IMG/VR virus record: IMGVR_UViG_3300042868_001476
Location: 1-35,183 of that record
Reading direction: 5' to 3' (one strand)
DNA length: 35,183 nt
Source: a virus
Lineage: Duplodnaviria > Caudoviricetes
Every line of letters begins with the position of its first letter. Within the stretch, counting starts at the first letter, position 1. Of this stretch, positions 33,947-35,183 are shown piece by piece. Position numbers and translations under genes: made by a program. The notes below the pieces were generated by a model. The model was not told the DNA's origin. It was given only the letters and a program-made list of their open reading frames with translations, and searched no databases.

Positions 33947-34553
33947 TAATTTTGCTAAAATAGGTAAGTCAGATTATACTATTGATGATGCTTATGTGCC
34001 TGATTTAGATAATACAACATTGGCTTTTTTTGAACAATATGCTAAAACATTTTTTGATGAAATACAAATAGAACTAAAAGCAAAAAAAGTAAAAAGAGCA
34101 AGCGGTGATTTAGCAGATAACACAAAGGTAGTTGCAAATGAGGATGGAAGCGGTATAAAGATATCAATGATTAACTACTATGATTTTGTAAATAAGGGAG
34201 TTAAGGGTGTTGACGATTATTCAAATGCCCCAAATAGTCCGTATCAATATGAAACATATGGAATGCCCAAAAAGGCAAGGGATGGAATTAAAAAATACAT
34301 ACAAAGTGGAAAAGCAAGATTAAGATTAGAAACACCTAAAAAAACAATAATAGGTTCACAAAAAAAGACTGTTTCAATTAATTCGCAAGTTCAAACAATG
34401 GTTTATTTAATTAAGAAATGGGGTATAAAAACAACTAACTTTTTTGATAACGCAACGGAAAGAGTAACCAAAGATTTAAGTGAAGATTTAATGTATCTAA
34501 TTGGAAAAACTATAATAGTAAAAATTGGGCAACCTAAAAAGAAAAGTAAATGA
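33921..34553 (+). CDS. Virion morphogenesis (tail completion-like) protein
   Basis: 210 aa, basic; ASG.L.DN and Y..FVNKGVKG motifs, HK97 gp10-like in character. Confidence 0.6.
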   Translation: MSISKSQLDNFAKIGKSDYTIDDAYVPDLDNTTLAFFEQYAKTFFDEIQIELKAKKVKRASGDLADNTKVVANEDGSGIKISMINYYDFVNKGVKGVDDYSNAPNSPYQYETYGMPKKARDGIKKYIQSGKARLRLETPKKTIIGSQKKTVSINSQVQTMVYLIKKWGIKTTNFFDNATERVTKDLSEDLMYLIGKTIIVKIGQPKKKSK

Positions 34554-35183
34554 GTATAACAATTAATACCAATCCTGCAAGCGGAAGCACGGCACAAGAT
34601 GACCTTTGGCACGTTGCTACAAGTACTGCTTCAGGTAGTACAGACATGAAGTATGTATTCGAAGTATATGTAGGTGGCAATAGAAAAATATCAGTTAGGC
34701 AATTCCCTGAACCTTCAACAGGAAAGGCATATTTTAATGCAGGTGCTACGGTGCGCAATAGTCTTACTTTTGCATGGTTTGAACCAGTTGGTACGGCATA
34801 CGTTTACGAGCCAAATTTAAGCGGTGAAATGGCGGTACAATACGATATTAGAGTAGGTGAGGAAGTTAGCGGAATAACAACCTTCAATCTAGCATCAGGA
34901 ACTACAACGGCATACAATTACAATGCCCCTTTACTAAAGCGAAGGGTATTAAGTTTGTCAGATAGATTAAACAAATGGTTAACCAATAGACCATTATATG
35001 CAAATACCAAACTAGGTGAAAATTTATATATTCCATTTTATACAAATGCAAACCTAAATTTAAAATGTGCAACCTATGATGGAAGTAATAATGTTATAGC
35101 ATCAGCAACTGGAAGCACTACAACAATAGAGAATGGCTTTGTACAAATGAATATCGGTAGCGCTGCTATTGCAACCGAATTAG
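33992..35183. repeat. Diverged terminal duplication, right copy
   Basis: Homologous to 1..1192. Confidence 0.95.
34550..35183 (+). CDS. 3'-truncated allele of the 559..1707 tail protein
   Basis: MSITINTNPASGSTAQDDLW...; open to the window end; mostly synonymous differences from 559. Confidence 0.9.
   Translation, partial: MSITINTNPASGSTAQDDLWHVATSTASGSTDMKYVFEVYVGGNRKISVRQFPEPSTGKAYFNAGATVRNSLTFAWFEPVGTAYVYEPNLSGEMAVQYDIRVGEEVSGITTFNLASGTTTAYNYNAPLLKRRVLSLSDRLNKWLTNRPLYANTKLGENLYIPFYTNANLNLKCATYDGSNNVIASATGSTTTIENGFVQMNIGSAAIATEL

Noticed and set aside
477-34758. All minus-strand ORFs in the track (e.g. 3708..4433, 7712..8077, 477..776)
   Set aside because: They are antisense shadows of well-supported + strand genes, with no recognisable motifs and no supporting promoters.
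33992-35183. True direct terminal repeat or tandem gene duplication
   Set aside because: The copies are diverged except for exactly 127 nt, which is better explained by the assembly graph.
1-35183. Lysogeny module, DNA polymerase, tRNAs, alternative genetic code
   Set aside because: No integrase, divergent repressor, polymerase or cloverleaf was recognised, and ORFs tile densely under code 11. A short RNA gene could be missed without tRNAscan/Infernal.

Overview
Apparently complete genome of an AT-rich tailed dsDNA phage (siphovirus-like). The host is inferred to be Bacteroidota, from a consensus TTTG-N19-TAnnTTTG promoter, Q-rule signal peptides and A-rich translation starts without Shine-Dalgarno sites. 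The unit genome is 33,991 bp: 33992-35183 is a diverged second copy of 1-1192, identical only over the last 127 nt, so the contig looks like an assembly 'lasso' joining two strains. All credible genes are on the + strand. Order: tail/hub/tape measure, protease-scaffold-capsid-tail tube, portal, adaptor, fibre module, lysis, early/recombination (ERF, YqaJ), replication (DUF4373-like initiator, DnaB), nucleases, ParB-MTase, sigma-like factor, glycosyltransferases, terminase, and a frameshifted tail chaperone. No integrase, polymerase, tRNA or CRISPR array was seen. Most unusual features: (1) the 1422-aa S74-chaperone fibre and both downstream proteins carry Sec signal peptides and are dense in Bacteroidota O-glycosylation sequons, suggesting a fibre module exported to the periplasm and glycosylated by the host; (2) two non-coding arrays of tightly packed, mutually different operator-like palindromes, possibly decoys for host DNA-binding proteins; (3) an unannotated -1 frameshift product and a candidate phage-sigma late promoter motif. 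Product calls rest on motif recognition by eye and on synteny; no searches were run.
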